Source: Candidatus Woesearchaeota archaeon
GTDB taxonomy: Archaea; Nanobdellota; Nanobdellia; Pacearchaeales; GW2011-AR1
Direction of reading: 5' to 3'
Assembly: GCA_964651965.1 (NCBI GenBank)
Contig: CAZYZS010000009.1
Span: 1-50,381, forward strand
DNA: 50,381 nt
Numbering within the stretch: position 1 is the stretch's first letter; every line of letters begins with the position of its first letter. The notes beneath the pieces were generated by a model, which worked only from the letters and a program-made list of their open reading frames with translations, searched no databases and was not told the DNA's origin. Below are positions 24,974 through 34,671 of this stretch, one piece after another. The position numbers and the translations under genes were made by a program.

Positions 24974-25753
24974 TTACTTTCCCCAGGCTTTATCGAATAA
25001 GTAAGATATAGAATTAACAAAAAATCCTGAATTTATCCAGACACCTAAGTCTTCGTCTTCTTTTGGATTTTGTGAGAGCATAAACAATATTTGCTCTCTA
25101 TCTACCATAAAAAATCTAGAATTAACATTAATTTTCTGGGCATTTATTTTGAACTTGCTGTTAATCTTCTTTACATCCTGGTCTTCTCCTGATAAAGCTA
25201 CCTTCAATGCTATTTTTTTCTTGTTAAGATTGCTGAATAAAGAAGAAAATATTCTTGATTTATCGCTTATTTCTGAAGCAGAGGTACAAATTACTACTTC
25301 TTTCTTTGCATTATCTACTAAATCCTTAAGATGGTTAAATACATTGGCTTTCCCTTTTATCGCCCCACTTAAATTGTTATGCTTTACTGGTTCTATTCCT
25401 GTTTTGTATAACTGTTCTAGCTCTAAATACTCTTTGGTTTCTTTAAGGTTAGAGAGCATCTTTACGTTTTCATCTGCTTTTCTTACAGTATTGGATTTAA
25501 GTTTTTCAATTACTGTAGTTGGATTGACTGCTATATACTTTACTGGCTTGCCGAGTTTGGCTATTGCAAACCCTTCTTTTTCTAGGCTTTCCAGAACATC
25601 GTAAGTCCTGCTTCTTGGAACACCAGAAAGCTCAGCAATTTCCCCAGCAGAAGCTATTCCCCTACTAAGCAAAGCGAGCCATACCTTAGTCTCGTAGATA
25701 TTAAGATTAAAGTATTCCTTGATTTGCTTTACAAGTTCTTGTTTAACTATCAT
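24974..25753 (-). CDS. TrmB-family transcriptional regulator
   Basis: LNIYETKVWLALLSRGIASAGEIAELSGVPRSRTYDVLESLEKEGFA is the canonical TrmB N-terminal wHTH. A C-terminal TrmB-like domain follows. Confidence 0.85.
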   Translation of the reverse strand: MIVKQELVKQIKEYFNLNIYETKVWLALLSRGIASAGEIAELSGVPRSRTYDVLESLEKEGFAIAKLGKPVKYIAVNPTTVIEKLKSNTVRKADENVKMLSNLKETKEYLELEQLYKTGIEPVKHNNLSGAIKGKANVFNHLKDLVDNAKKEVVICTSASEISDKSRIFSSLFSNLNKKKIALKVALSGEDQDVKKINSKFKINAQKINVNSRFFMVDREQILFMLSQNPKEDEDLGVWINSGFFVNSISYLFDKAWGK

Positions 25754-25873
25754 TTTCCTAAAAATAACTACTTTATTGTAGAAACTGGCCTTTATAAACT
25801 TTTCGGTTTTGTTGTTACTATATAATTAGTACAAAATAGAAAAATTTATATAGCAAAAACCCTAAGCAAGAAA

Positions 25874-26362
25874 ATGAGTTATTTAAAAATTTTAAGTTGT
25901 TTAGCCCTTTTTTTGTTGGGTTTTGTTAGCTGTGCGCTCTTCAGCCTAGTTTCAAGTGACATGGAAACTCCAGTAAATATCGGAACCTTAAGCCTTGTCC
26001 CAGTACTAAACGGCCCTGGGGACTGGATAAAAGAAAGTGGGATACATGTTTACGAAAATGCAGTTGTTATTGACATTGAAGGAGCTAGCCTTGCAAGATA
26101 TGCGCCAACAGGAAGCATGCGGCCAGTTCTTGATGACAAAAGCACAGGCATAAGAATCCAACCAAAAAGCCCAGAACAAATCAATGTTGGTGATATAGTG
26201 ACTTTTGAAAAAGATGAGGAGTTAATAGTGCACAGAGTTATTGATAAAGGAGAAGATAGCGAAGGGGTATATTTTATAACAAAAGGTGACAATAACGATA
26301 TTACAGACGGAAAAATAAGATTTAAAGATATTAAATATGTCACAATTGGGGTGATATGGTAA
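25874..26362 (+). CDS. Signal peptidase I, archaeal/Sec11 type (S26B)
   Basis: N-terminal TM, GSMRPVL (Ser box), GDIVTF...IVHRVI (His box) and ITKGDNNDITDG. Confidence 0.8.
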   Translation: MSYLKILSCLALFLLGFVSCALFSLVSSDMETPVNIGTLSLVPVLNGPGDWIKESGIHVYENAVVIDIEGASLARYAPTGSMRPVLDDKSTGIRIQPKSPEQINVGDIVTFEKDEELIVHRVIDKGEDSEGVYFITKGDNNDITDGKIRFKDIKYVTIGVIW

Positions 26363-26363
26363 A

Positions 26364-26693
26364 ATGGAAAGGGATGAAAGCTTGGAATCTGGAGGTTTTC
26401 ATGGTAAATCTAGCTGGGACCGCTATGAAGAAAAGCCTGTTTGTGTACACTATGGGCAGGTTACTGTTTATGGACGGGTTAACGAGATAGACGAAGAAAG
26501 AGGAGTCGTTTATTTGATGCCTTCAATGAGACAAAGTATGGACGGAACAGAGTGGGTTATCGACAGAGGGTTGCCTTCTATGATACCAATTCATGGGGCT
26601 GTTGTAAGACCACTAAGAGATGGGGAGATGGAACAATTTTTAAAAAATGCTAATGCAAAATTAAAGGCCGAAAGAGACAAGGCAAAACAATGA
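26364..26693 (+). CDS. Small protein of unknown function (possibly Sm/SH3-like barrel)
   Basis: Starts 1 nt after the signal peptidase gene. The segment QVTVYGRVNEIDEERGVVYLMPS resembles an Sm1-like strand pattern only loosely. The C-terminal helix is basic. Confidence 0.4.
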   Translation: MERDESLESGGFHGKSSWDRYEEKPVCVHYGQVTVYGRVNEIDEERGVVYLMPSMRQSMDGTEWVIDRGLPSMIPIHGAVVRPLRDGEMEQFLKNANAKLKAERDKAKQ

Positions 26694-27031
26694 GCTCTGA
26701 AGATTTCTTTATAGATTTTGACAAAGGAAAAGCTATTTTTAGGGCATTTAGAGGCAAGGGAGTGACTCCTTATCAGGCTACTGTTCTAAGAGTGCTTTAC
26801 CAGGAAAGAAGCGCATCGAGAGACTCCCTAAAAGAAGCTGCGCATGTTAGAAACAATGGTCAGCTCAGTAATTCGGTTATTATACCATTAGTTACAAGAG
26901 GATATATTCTACGTGGAGATCAGGAAACTGACGGAAGAGTGGGTTACTCAATTCTTCCTGAAGGAAGCAAATTAGTAGAAGAAGTTATGGAAGAAACAGG
27001 GTATTCAAAGCAATCTGAAAATCCAGCCTAG
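26690..27031 (+). CDS. Small putative winged-helix protein
   Basis: ATGA overlap with the previous ORF. ...TPYQATVLRVLYQERSASRDSLKEAA...LVTRGYILRGDQETDGRVGYSILPEG looks MarR/wHTH-like. Confidence 0.4.
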   Translation: MSSEDFFIDFDKGKAIFRAFRGKGVTPYQATVLRVLYQERSASRDSLKEAAHVRNNGQLSNSVIIPLVTRGYILRGDQETDGRVGYSILPEGSKLVEEVMEETGYSKQSENPA

Positions 27032-27946
27032 AATCATTCCAATAAAAATACCGCCTGTAAGGAAAGGCATTGCCGGATAAAATTTCCCTTTTCTTGCTAC
27101 TGTAAACAGGTAAAGCAAAGCAAGAGTTGCCCCTGCTGTTATAAACAAAGCAGAAGTCAGGGAAAAAATTTTCATGAAGATTCCTGCAGCTATTATGGGG
27201 AAAATAACATCTCCTCCTCCGAGAATTGCCAGAGAAACTTTGAATTTCTTTTTTTCTAATACTTTGTCAAGCTCTTTTTTCTTATATTTTTGCTTTATTT
27301 CTTTTACTTTTTCTCTTTGCTTCTTATCCATATAAGGAATAAAAAACCCGGCAAAGAGCTTCAACTCATTAATCTGGAACTTGGCCATCTTCTGCATTAT
27401 TCCTGAATGATTAACTGCCCAGATGTCATATACTGAGATTAAAATAAGCAAGGCAGTTATGGCCACGATGCTTAGAAAAGGATTCAGAGAATAGAAGAAA
27501 AACGAGACAAATACTGCCCCGATTCCAGGATACACCATAAGCTCGGTAAGATTATGCACAATTAAATTATGTTTAAATATTTTAAAATAAGCTAGCGGAA
27601 GAGCTGCAGCGAGGGCTATTAAAGAAGCGTACGAACGAATCGCTGGGAAGTAAAATAAAACACTGTAGATAGTTATTCCCAATGCTAAAATAATGACGAT
27701 AAAAAACCAGGCTCTCAAAACTAGTTTGGCCCGATATTTATTTAGCAAAAGCACCAGCAAAATAGCAAAGACAAAGGCTATTACTGTAGAAATCAGTCCT
27801 GAAATCGGGTCGATTTCTTCGGGAGGCTGCATTCCATAAGGAATCTCAGGTATATAAGTATAAGAATACACTACCGCTAATCCAATTAGCTGGGTTATTA
27901 AAAACATTCCCAATAAAATAAAAGTAATTTTCCAGGTGTGCTTCAT
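27005..27946 (-). CDS. Presenilin / signal-peptide-peptidase homologue (A22 intramembrane aspartyl protease)
   Basis: Polytopic membrane protein with a YD motif (LILISVYDIWAV), a GxGD motif (LGGGDVIFP) and a PAL-like motif (YPAMPFL). Confidence 0.75.
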   Translation of the reverse strand: MKHTWKITFILLGMFLITQLIGLAVVYSYTYIPEIPYGMQPPEEIDPISGLISTVIAFVFAILLVLLLNKYRAKLVLRAWFFIVIILALGITIYSVLFYFPAIRSYASLIALAAALPLAYFKIFKHNLIVHNLTELMVYPGIGAVFVSFFFYSLNPFLSIVAITALLILISVYDIWAVNHSGIMQKMAKFQINELKLFAGFFIPYMDKKQREKVKEIKQKYKKKELDKVLEKKKFKVSLAILGGGDVIFPIIAAGIFMKIFSLTSALFITAGATLALLYLFTVARKGKFYPAMPFLTGGIFIGMILGWIFRLL

Positions 27947-28011
27947 CTTATTATCTCTTTTTTAATGTTTAATAGATTTAAGAAAACATAGTTTTTAAAC
28001 CCTACCTTGAA

Positions 28012-29901
28012 CTACCTTATTCTGACAGTTTCCAAATTTCTTGGGGCAGATGTTTCAACTCTGTTCAGCTTGTAGATTGTAGAAGCTAAGTCAAGACATT
28101 TGGATGCTTCTCCATGGTTTACCAGCACTCTTTTTGGCTTGGGGATACAGTGATTAATAAATGCAAGCAATTGGTTCCTTCCCGAGTGGGCAGTAAGCCC
28201 GTCTAAATTATTAACTTCTAAGTTAACCTTAACAATTTCTTCTTTGCCATCGTTCATCATTTTAACTTCCTGAAGCCCTTCTTGGACTTGCCTTCCTAAG
28301 CTGCCTACCCCCTGATAACAGACAAAAATTATGCTATTCCTTTTATTATCTGCAAATTCTCTAAAATACTCCACTGAAGCCCCTCCAACAAGCATGCCCG
28401 AAGTAGCAAGAATTATACAAGGGCCTCCTTCAATTACCTGCTTCCTTTCTTGGCCTGAGCCAACTCTATGGAATATCTCAGAAACAAATGGATTTTTATC
28501 CTGGAAAATCTGGTTTCTGATACTGCTCGATAAAAAGTCAGGATATGCTGTATGAATTCCGTTAATGTCCCATATCATGCCATCGATATAAACAGGCACC
28601 TGTGGTAGCAAGCCTTGCTTGAATGCGTCTTCCAGAATCAGCATAGTTTCCTGGGCTCTCCCTAATCCCAATTCAGGTATCAGCACTTTTCCTTTTCTTT
28701 CTATTGTTTTTTTAATCGCATTTAAAAGAGCATCTTCTGCATCTTTTCTCTGAGGCAGAATATCATTTTTGCTACCGTAAGTGGATTCTATCATCACAGT
28801 TTCCAGCCTTGGGAAAGAGGTAATTGCAGCATCCAATAACCGTGTCTTTCCAAATTTCATGTCTCCTGAATAAAGGAAATTATGCAATCCATTACCTATA
28901 TTAAGATGGACCATCGCGCTTCCTAGAGCGTGACCTGCGTTGTAAAGAGTTAGCCTTATATCGGGAGTTACATCCGTAACTTCGTTATAATCCAAGCAGA
29001 TGCTGTGCTTCACCATTTCTTTGATATCTTTTGAAGAAAATAGGGGAGCGGCTGCTTTTTTGTAAGCAACTCCAATAAAATCAAGGGCAATTAATGATGC
29101 AATATCTCTTGTTGGGGCTGTCATGTAGACAGGTCCTCTGTAGCCCATCTTGAACAAGTAAGGTACCAGGCCACAGTGGTCCAGATGAGCGTGGCTAATT
29201 ATTATTGCATCTATATCTTTTATATCAAATTCAGAAACATCAAAATAAGGGAATCTGTCCCGGTTTTGGGAGGCTGCAACATTTATGCCACAGTCAAGCA
29301 GTATCTTAGAAACAGGGGTGTGCAACAGCAAGCAGGATCTCCCTACCTCGCGGCCAGCTCCAAGGAAAGACAACCTCACCCATTCTTCTATTTTTTCAGG
29401 GTTCCACTCCCTGTAAATTTTTTTCCCAATTGAATTAAGGAATTTTTTCCTGTAACTATTATTCTCGTATAAAACTGCCCGAATATTTTCGGTAATTTTG
29501 CTTGGTATTGCAGGAGATCTTTGCACTTGAGGAATCCATAAAGTTTTTTGCTTAATTTCCTGTAAAATAGTGCCGGCCTTTCCAATAACCATCCCCGGTT
29601 TTTTGGCTTCAATAACCACTATACTCCTTTGGACATCAAAAATAATGTTAGTTATATCTGCTTCTTTTGGAATTATCTCCCTTATCGCTTTTTCTGCTTC
29701 TTCCTGCTTCATCAATATTTCAGAGTCTGCCCTTAGCTCTATTCTTTTTTTGATTTTATTAACTACTTCTTTAATCTGGCTCTCGCCTTCTCTAAAGAAA
29801 GATACTTCATCTGTATAAAGTACGATATTTGCCCCTTCAAAATTTGCAGATTTGATAAACTTCGGCAAATAGCTCTGAATGTTTTTCAGAATATCCGGCA
29901 T
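28012..29901 (-). CDS. aCPSF1/FttA-type KH-domain beta-CASP ribonuclease
   Basis: N-terminal KH domains (VIGKAGTILQEIK), the metallo-beta-lactamase motif ISHAHLDHCG and a beta-CASP region. Length 629 aa. Confidence 0.9.
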   Translation of the reverse strand: MPDILKNIQSYLPKFIKSANFEGANIVLYTDEVSFFREGESQIKEVVNKIKKRIELRADSEILMKQEEAEKAIREIIPKEADITNIIFDVQRSIVVIEAKKPGMVIGKAGTILQEIKQKTLWIPQVQRSPAIPSKITENIRAVLYENNSYRKKFLNSIGKKIYREWNPEKIEEWVRLSFLGAGREVGRSCLLLHTPVSKILLDCGINVAASQNRDRFPYFDVSEFDIKDIDAIIISHAHLDHCGLVPYLFKMGYRGPVYMTAPTRDIASLIALDFIGVAYKKAAAPLFSSKDIKEMVKHSICLDYNEVTDVTPDIRLTLYNAGHALGSAMVHLNIGNGLHNFLYSGDMKFGKTRLLDAAITSFPRLETVMIESTYGSKNDILPQRKDAEDALLNAIKKTIERKGKVLIPELGLGRAQETMLILEDAFKQGLLPQVPVYIDGMIWDINGIHTAYPDFLSSSIRNQIFQDKNPFVSEIFHRVGSGQERKQVIEGGPCIILATSGMLVGGASVEYFREFADNKRNSIIFVCYQGVGSLGRQVQEGLQEVKMMNDGKEEIVKVNLEVNNLDGLTAHSGRNQLLAFINHCIPKPKRVLVNHGEASKCLDLASTIYKLNRVETSAPRNLETVRIR

Positions 29902-29958
29902 TTTATTTTTTCCTTTTCAACTTAAAATTTAGAACGTAACTATAAAAAATTAAAAAGT

Positions 29959-30645
29959 TTATTTTTTCTTGAGCATCTTTGGGTCAGGATACTCTGTAGG
30001 CACTGCCTGCTGTAATTCGTGCTTAATCCCTTCCTTAGTTATAGTATAAATATCCACTCCTGCTCCAGAAGCCGGATCCCTCTTCATAGAAGCCGCCAAA
30101 CACTTTAGTGCAAGAATCATTCCTTCCTGCAAGGACATCCCTTGCTTGTACTCTGCGTCTAATACTGGATTGCACTGTAGCATTCCAGAGCCTGTAGCCG
30201 AATAGTCTTCTATCTTTTGAACATATCCATCTGGAAAGATATCATAAAGTGAGTAGCCTTCCAAATCGTATCCAGATAATAAAAAGTGAGTTATTCCAGG
30301 TATTGGAGAAAACTGCCTTATGTTTTGGTAAACAATTGTGGAAAATAAGTTGGCTGCTTCTTTAATGGATGGCATTTGCTTACTTCTTAATTCTTTTAAC
30401 TTTAATTCTGCTCTCGTAAGCTTTATTACTTTTTGAAGGTCAGAAGCCACTCCTGCAGTTGTGACTATAATGCGGTCATTAACCGCCTGGATTTTCTCTT
30501 CGTTTTTGGAAGCAATATAAGAAACTCCATCGTTACTTCCGAAAACCCCTCTCTTATCTGCGGCTAGAACAATTCCATCTTTGCATACAATTCCAATTGT
30601 AGTTGTTCCGGTTTTTCTTATCTGTTTTTTTAAATCTTCATCCAT
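29959..30645 (-). CDS. psmB: Proteasome beta subunit
   Basis: Propeptide followed by TGTTTIGIVCKDGIVLAADKR (catalytic Thr). Confidence 0.9.
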   Translation of the reverse strand: MDEDLKKQIRKTGTTTIGIVCKDGIVLAADKRGVFGSNDGVSYIASKNEEKIQAVNDRIIVTTAGVASDLQKVIKLTRAELKLKELRSKQMPSIKEAANLFSTIVYQNIRQFSPIPGITHFLLSGYDLEGYSLYDIFPDGYVQKIEDYSATGSGMLQCNPVLDAEYKQGMSLQEGMILALKCLAASMKRDPASGAGVDIYTITKEGIKHELQQAVPTEYPDPKMLKKK

Positions 30646-30742
30646 TTTCTAAATTGAGAAATAACACTCAACATCCCTTATTTTAGAATTTATATTAATA
30701 ATAAGTTTGGCTTTTTAAATGTTTTGATTTTTAAAATTTAGT

Positions 30743-31345
30743 TTATCTAAAGACTATAAGGATATCTTCATCAGTCCCGTTAGCTTTTCTAGCTTTATCA
30801 AAAATTTCTCTTTTAATGGGCATAAACTCTAGAGAATCTGCTAATCCGGGATTATGGATATAGACATTTTCTTTATCGAAACCCACTACAGGAACGAAAT
30901 GACCATTATATCCGCTGAATCTGGGAAAGATTACATTCCAGTCCAATAAAACAATAGGTATGCTTGTTTCCGAAAGGTAAGATAAGATTTCTTCTAAGCT
31001 TATTGATTTTTCAATTAATTCTGCATCCCTCTCTTTCAACTCTTCAATCATACTATTAACAATTTCTATATAATTGCCCTCTGCATTCTTCTTCACAAAG
31101 TTTGCATCAAGATTTTCCATAACAGGAGTTAAGGATCTAGAAAAAAGTTTTATTTTAAACCCCAATTCAACTGCGCATATTGCTAGATGAACCGTAGAAA
31201 CTGCTTTCCCTTCTTTCATGCGGCATTTCTCCTCAATCTCCTCTAATGGCTTATCTTTACCAAAAAAAGAAAATATCATCTTCAATGAAATCGGGCCGCA
31301 ATTAATAGGATTTGTTTGCTTGTAAAACGGTACTCTGAATTTCAT
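30743..31345 (-). CDS. Papain-fold cysteine peptidase, C39-like
   Basis: VPFYKQTNPINCGPISLKMIF (candidate nucleophile Cys in NCGP), GHFVPVVGFD (candidate His) and YIHNPG. It starts 1 nt after the rad50 stop. Confidence 0.55.
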   Translation of the reverse strand: MKFRVPFYKQTNPINCGPISLKMIFSFFGKDKPLEEIEEKCRMKEGKAVSTVHLAICAVELGFKIKLFSRSLTPVMENLDANFVKKNAEGNYIEIVNSMIEELKERDAELIEKSISLEEILSYLSETSIPIVLLDWNVIFPRFSGYNGHFVPVVGFDKENVYIHNPGLADSLEFMPIKREIFDKARKANGTDEDILIVFR

Positions 31346-31346
31346 T

Positions 31347-33410
31347 TTAATTTCCTACGGGATTCTCAATCACAGTGGTATTGTTCTCTTTTTTCAGCTT
31401 TATAATATGCTCTACAAAACTTTCAATCTTGGCTTCATGGCTTACTAAGATTAGCTGGGAGGCATTTAACTGTATTAGAACATCCCTCATCTTGTCCAGT
31501 TGGGTTTCTGAGAACCCGTCTGTTGGTTCATCCAATATTATTAAATCGCGAGTCATTATTTTGGAGAGAAGAGAGTTAATGACCTGATTTAAAGCCAGCC
31601 TGTAAGCCAGAGCTACAGAAGTTCTTTCCCCCCCAGAAAGGTAGCTGTAGCTTATTTCAAAGCCTTGCTGTTCTATAATTGGCGAGAAAGTTTCATCGAG
31701 CCTAGCTGTTAAGCTTTCTGGCACCAGTACTGAGAACCACTCCGAAAAGAGCTTGGAAAATTCTTCCCTTAACTTCAACATCACATTTTTTTCAGTAAAC
31801 AAGACTAAGTTTAGGAATTTGTCAGAAAGCCAGTCTTCTAAAGACTTAAGATACTCCACCCTTTCCTTTAATTTCTTTTTTTCTTTTATCTGCTCTTCAA
31901 TTTCATGTGTCTGATTCTCTATAAAAGATACCTCTTTATTAATACCAACTACTTTCATCTCCTGTCTTCTTTCTTCAGATATTTTTTCTTCAAGTTCTTT
32001 TTTCTTATGATGAAAAAGCTCGCTGAATTTAGAATAGCTGTCAATCTCGCTCTCTAGGCTTCTTATGTGCTTGAGCATCATTTCTGTGTCCAGTTCAGCC
32101 TGTCTCTTCCTTTTTTCAAATTCAAGAAGCGAGTTTTCTTTTTCTTTAAGATTTTCTGACTTGATTTTCTTAATCTCTTCTTCTGACTTAGCTTGCTCAA
32201 GAATTGCATTTTCTCTCCTGACAGCTTCAAGCAGTTGGGAAATGCGGAGCTTTTGAGCCTCTGTCCCTTCTGCGCTTTTTGCCATATCTAGAAGCTCTCT
32301 TTCTATTTTCTTGAAAATGTTGCTCTTGTATTCTTCATTAACTTCTTGAAGGCAAGTTGGGCAGCTCTTTAAATTAGATATCTTATCTTTTAAGACATCC
32401 ATTTCTTTTTTCCTTTCTCTAAGAGAAGTCAGCTGGCTGGAAAGAAAGATAAGGCTTTCCTGGTGGGTTCTTTCTGACTCCTTGTTTTTTTTCAGTGAAT
32501 TAAGGGTTTCCAAAAGCTTTTTTTCATCAAAAATTATTTTTTTTCCTTCTTCTATCTCTTGATTTAACCTCCGCGCCTGATTTTTAAGCTCCATGATAGT
32601 CTCTTCTTTATTCATCAACATAATGCTCGCTTTTTCCTTTTCTTTTTCCAAATTTTCCCTTTCCCGGACTTTTGCCTCAATCTCTTTTGCTTCGCTCTCC
32701 GCTTGCTGCATGGCTTGTTTTTTTTCGGATAATGCTCTCTCTTCGGTTTCCTTGCTTTTATACAACTCTATCAAAAAGTTCTTTTTCTCTTCTAAATTTT
32801 TATTAAGCTCTTCTAGATTTTCTAATTGACCTTCTTTGTTCTTTATGTCTTCCCTAAGCTTAGAAGCAAAAGTATCTATATTTTCTGCTACTCTCTTATA
32901 CTTATCAATCCCAAAGATGTAACGAAGAGTGTTTAACCTTGTCTCAGAAGATTCTAAAATAATCTGCTTCATCTCCTCTTGAGGCGTATAAACTGTGAAC
33001 TTATATAGGAGGTTTGTTTTTTTAGAAAACTCAGAAGGGTACTTAAGAAGTTGCAAAACCCGGTCTTTGATTTCTGTAACGCTACCTTGGAATCGCTCGT
33101 TATCTATAGAAATTGAAGAATCTTCTTGGGTAATATTTTTCCCGGTTTTCTTCAGCGTTCTTTCCAGAACAACTGACCTGCCATTTATATCCAGCTCCAA
33201 GATAACTCTCCCTTCTTTTTTTCCATTTTTTAAAAGAGAAGAGCCTCTTTGGCTTGGCTGCAAGCCGAATAAGGCAAACTCTATTGCTAAAAGAACAGAA
33301 GTCTTCCCACAGCCTATGTCTCCAGATAGCAGAACAGAACCTGACGGAAACTCGATTTCTTGGCTTTCGTAGCTTCTGATATTCTCTAGCCGGATTTTTT
33401 TAATTATCAT
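31347..33410 (-). CDS. rad50: Rad50 DNA double-strand-break repair ATPase (short coiled coil)
   Basis: Walker A GDIGCGKTS, zinc hook CPTC in the middle of the coiled coil, signature LSGGERTSVALAYRLAL and Walker B LIILDEPTDGF. 687 aa. Confidence 0.9.
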   Translation of the reverse strand: MIIKKIRLENIRSYESQEIEFPSGSVLLSGDIGCGKTSVLLAIEFALFGLQPSQRGSSLLKNGKKEGRVILELDINGRSVVLERTLKKTGKNITQEDSSISIDNERFQGSVTEIKDRVLQLLKYPSEFSKKTNLLYKFTVYTPQEEMKQIILESSETRLNTLRYIFGIDKYKRVAENIDTFASKLREDIKNKEGQLENLEELNKNLEEKKNFLIELYKSKETEERALSEKKQAMQQAESEAKEIEAKVRERENLEKEKEKASIMLMNKEETIMELKNQARRLNQEIEEGKKIIFDEKKLLETLNSLKKNKESERTHQESLIFLSSQLTSLRERKKEMDVLKDKISNLKSCPTCLQEVNEEYKSNIFKKIERELLDMAKSAEGTEAQKLRISQLLEAVRRENAILEQAKSEEEIKKIKSENLKEKENSLLEFEKRKRQAELDTEMMLKHIRSLESEIDSYSKFSELFHHKKKELEEKISEERRQEMKVVGINKEVSFIENQTHEIEEQIKEKKKLKERVEYLKSLEDWLSDKFLNLVLFTEKNVMLKLREEFSKLFSEWFSVLVPESLTARLDETFSPIIEQQGFEISYSYLSGGERTSVALAYRLALNQVINSLLSKIMTRDLIILDEPTDGFSETQLDKMRDVLIQLNASQLILVSHEAKIESFVEHIIKLKKENNTTVIENPVGN

Positions 33411-33411
33411 T

Positions 33412-34590
33412 TTACTGTATATTCAAGTTAAGAATCCTGTTTATTTCTGAAAGTAGTCTGGATTCAAAAACTGCATTTTTTTCATCTTCTTGCTTTTCTA
33501 GACTAAAGGAGTTAATTAGGGGGAGAATAAACCGGTTAAATTCAGAGTTATTGTTCTTTGAGAACTCTTCTATCAGCGTTTCTTCTATCCCCTCTATATT
33601 CTCTGTATGCACCTCCATTTCAGCTTCTTCAGTTTTAAGCTGGTTGGTATTTTTAAGCAGAACATATGCTTTTCTCTCATTTGCTTTTTCCTGAATCTCC
33701 TGAAACTTTATGTCTGAATTTTTCCCTTGTTTTATGGTGCCTTTTAACTTTAAAAGAACAATCTTGTCCCTTAAGTCAGATTTTTCCATTTCTAATAAAA
33801 TCTTTTCTGTTGCTGTCAGCGCATTTTCAACTTCTAACTCCAAAAAAAGCAATTCTTTCAGCTTCAATTCCTTCCTGGTAAGTTTAACGAATCCATTTAC
33901 ATCTACAATGTAAAAACTTCCCGCTCCCAACTCTTGTAACTCTGCAAAATTATTTGGGAAAATCGGGCCGGGATATATAAGATATCTGTTCTCTCCAGCT
34001 TTATACTCATGAATTAAATGTAGGTGGCCGAGAGCGTAGTAATCTGCCTCTGGCAGCTCCTTTATTGCTACCGAGTCTATTGGCAGATTGCCTTTCGCAG
34101 ATTCCATGGTAGTATGCAAGATAAGAATCTTAAAATTGTTAGTTGGCTCTAATGAAAGTCTTTTCAAATCTTCAACTTCTAATCCTGATTTTTTGCCAGG
34201 ATAACCATAGATAGAAATTCCCTGATAGTTGCAGGCTTTTAAAAGTATTGACCCATCTTCATTTTTCTCGAAATCGCAAATTTTACAAAATCCTGCTTTC
34301 TCCAAAACATCCAAAAAAGTTTTTCCCGAAACAGAATAATCGTGGCTTCCTGCTATAATAAACGTCTTAATCCCTTCTTCTTTTATCCTCTTAAATTCTG
34401 AAAAAACTTCCTTGAGTATCTCTATTGAAGGATAAGCAGAATCGAACAAGTCTCCTGCAAAAATTATAAAATCCACTTTTTCATTTATGCAAATATCTAC
34501 CGCCTTTTTGAAACTCTCTAGATTTAATTTCTGTAGTTCTGGCTGTCTCCATGAACCCAAATGGCAATCGGCAAAATGTGCAAACCTCAT
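33412..34590 (-). CDS. mre11: Mre11 nuclease
   Basis: Phosphoesterase motifs FAHFADCHLG, AGDLFDS, GSHD and GHLH. It ends 1 nt before the rad50 start. Confidence 0.9.
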   Translation of the reverse strand: MRFAHFADCHLGSWRQPELQKLNLESFKKAVDICINEKVDFIIFAGDLFDSAYPSIEILKEVFSEFKRIKEEGIKTFIIAGSHDYSVSGKTFLDVLEKAGFCKICDFEKNEDGSILLKACNYQGISIYGYPGKKSGLEVEDLKRLSLEPTNNFKILILHTTMESAKGNLPIDSVAIKELPEADYYALGHLHLIHEYKAGENRYLIYPGPIFPNNFAELQELGAGSFYIVDVNGFVKLTRKELKLKELLFLELEVENALTATEKILLEMEKSDLRDKIVLLKLKGTIKQGKNSDIKFQEIQEKANERKAYVLLKNTNQLKTEEAEMEVHTENIEGIEETLIEEFSKNNNSEFNRFILPLINSFSLEKQEDEKNAVFESRLLSEINRILNLNIQ

Positions 34591-34671
34591 TTTATATCTC
34601 CTCTAACTTTCTTTTCCCTAAAAAAATGGGAAAGAAGGTTATATAAAAATAGTGGTGATAAAAGGAATAGT

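Noticed and set aside
25149-25604. 151-aa plus-strand ORF inside the TrmB gene
   Set aside because: It is antisense to a confidently recognised TrmB regulator. It has no promoter or RBS context and low-complexity composition.
22671-25810. Shared ~19-nt motif TTTATAAACTTTTyGGTTT upstream of both wHTH/TrmB regulator genes (22671-22690 and 25792-25810) as a common operator
   Set aside because: Read on the coding (minus) strand, it is AAACCrAAAAGTTTATAAA. That is a purine-rich BRE followed by a TATA box, so generic promoter consensus explains the similarity.
31347-34590. Mre11/Rad50 pair as a dedicated anti-phage SMC-type defence system
   Set aside because: Canonical Mre11 phosphoesterase motifs, the Rad50 zinc hook and a housekeeping neighbourhood (proteasome, aCPSF1, RNase J) make the ordinary repair complex the default reading. 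Only the attached peptidase-like gene is unusual. This is kept as an open alternative in the finding.
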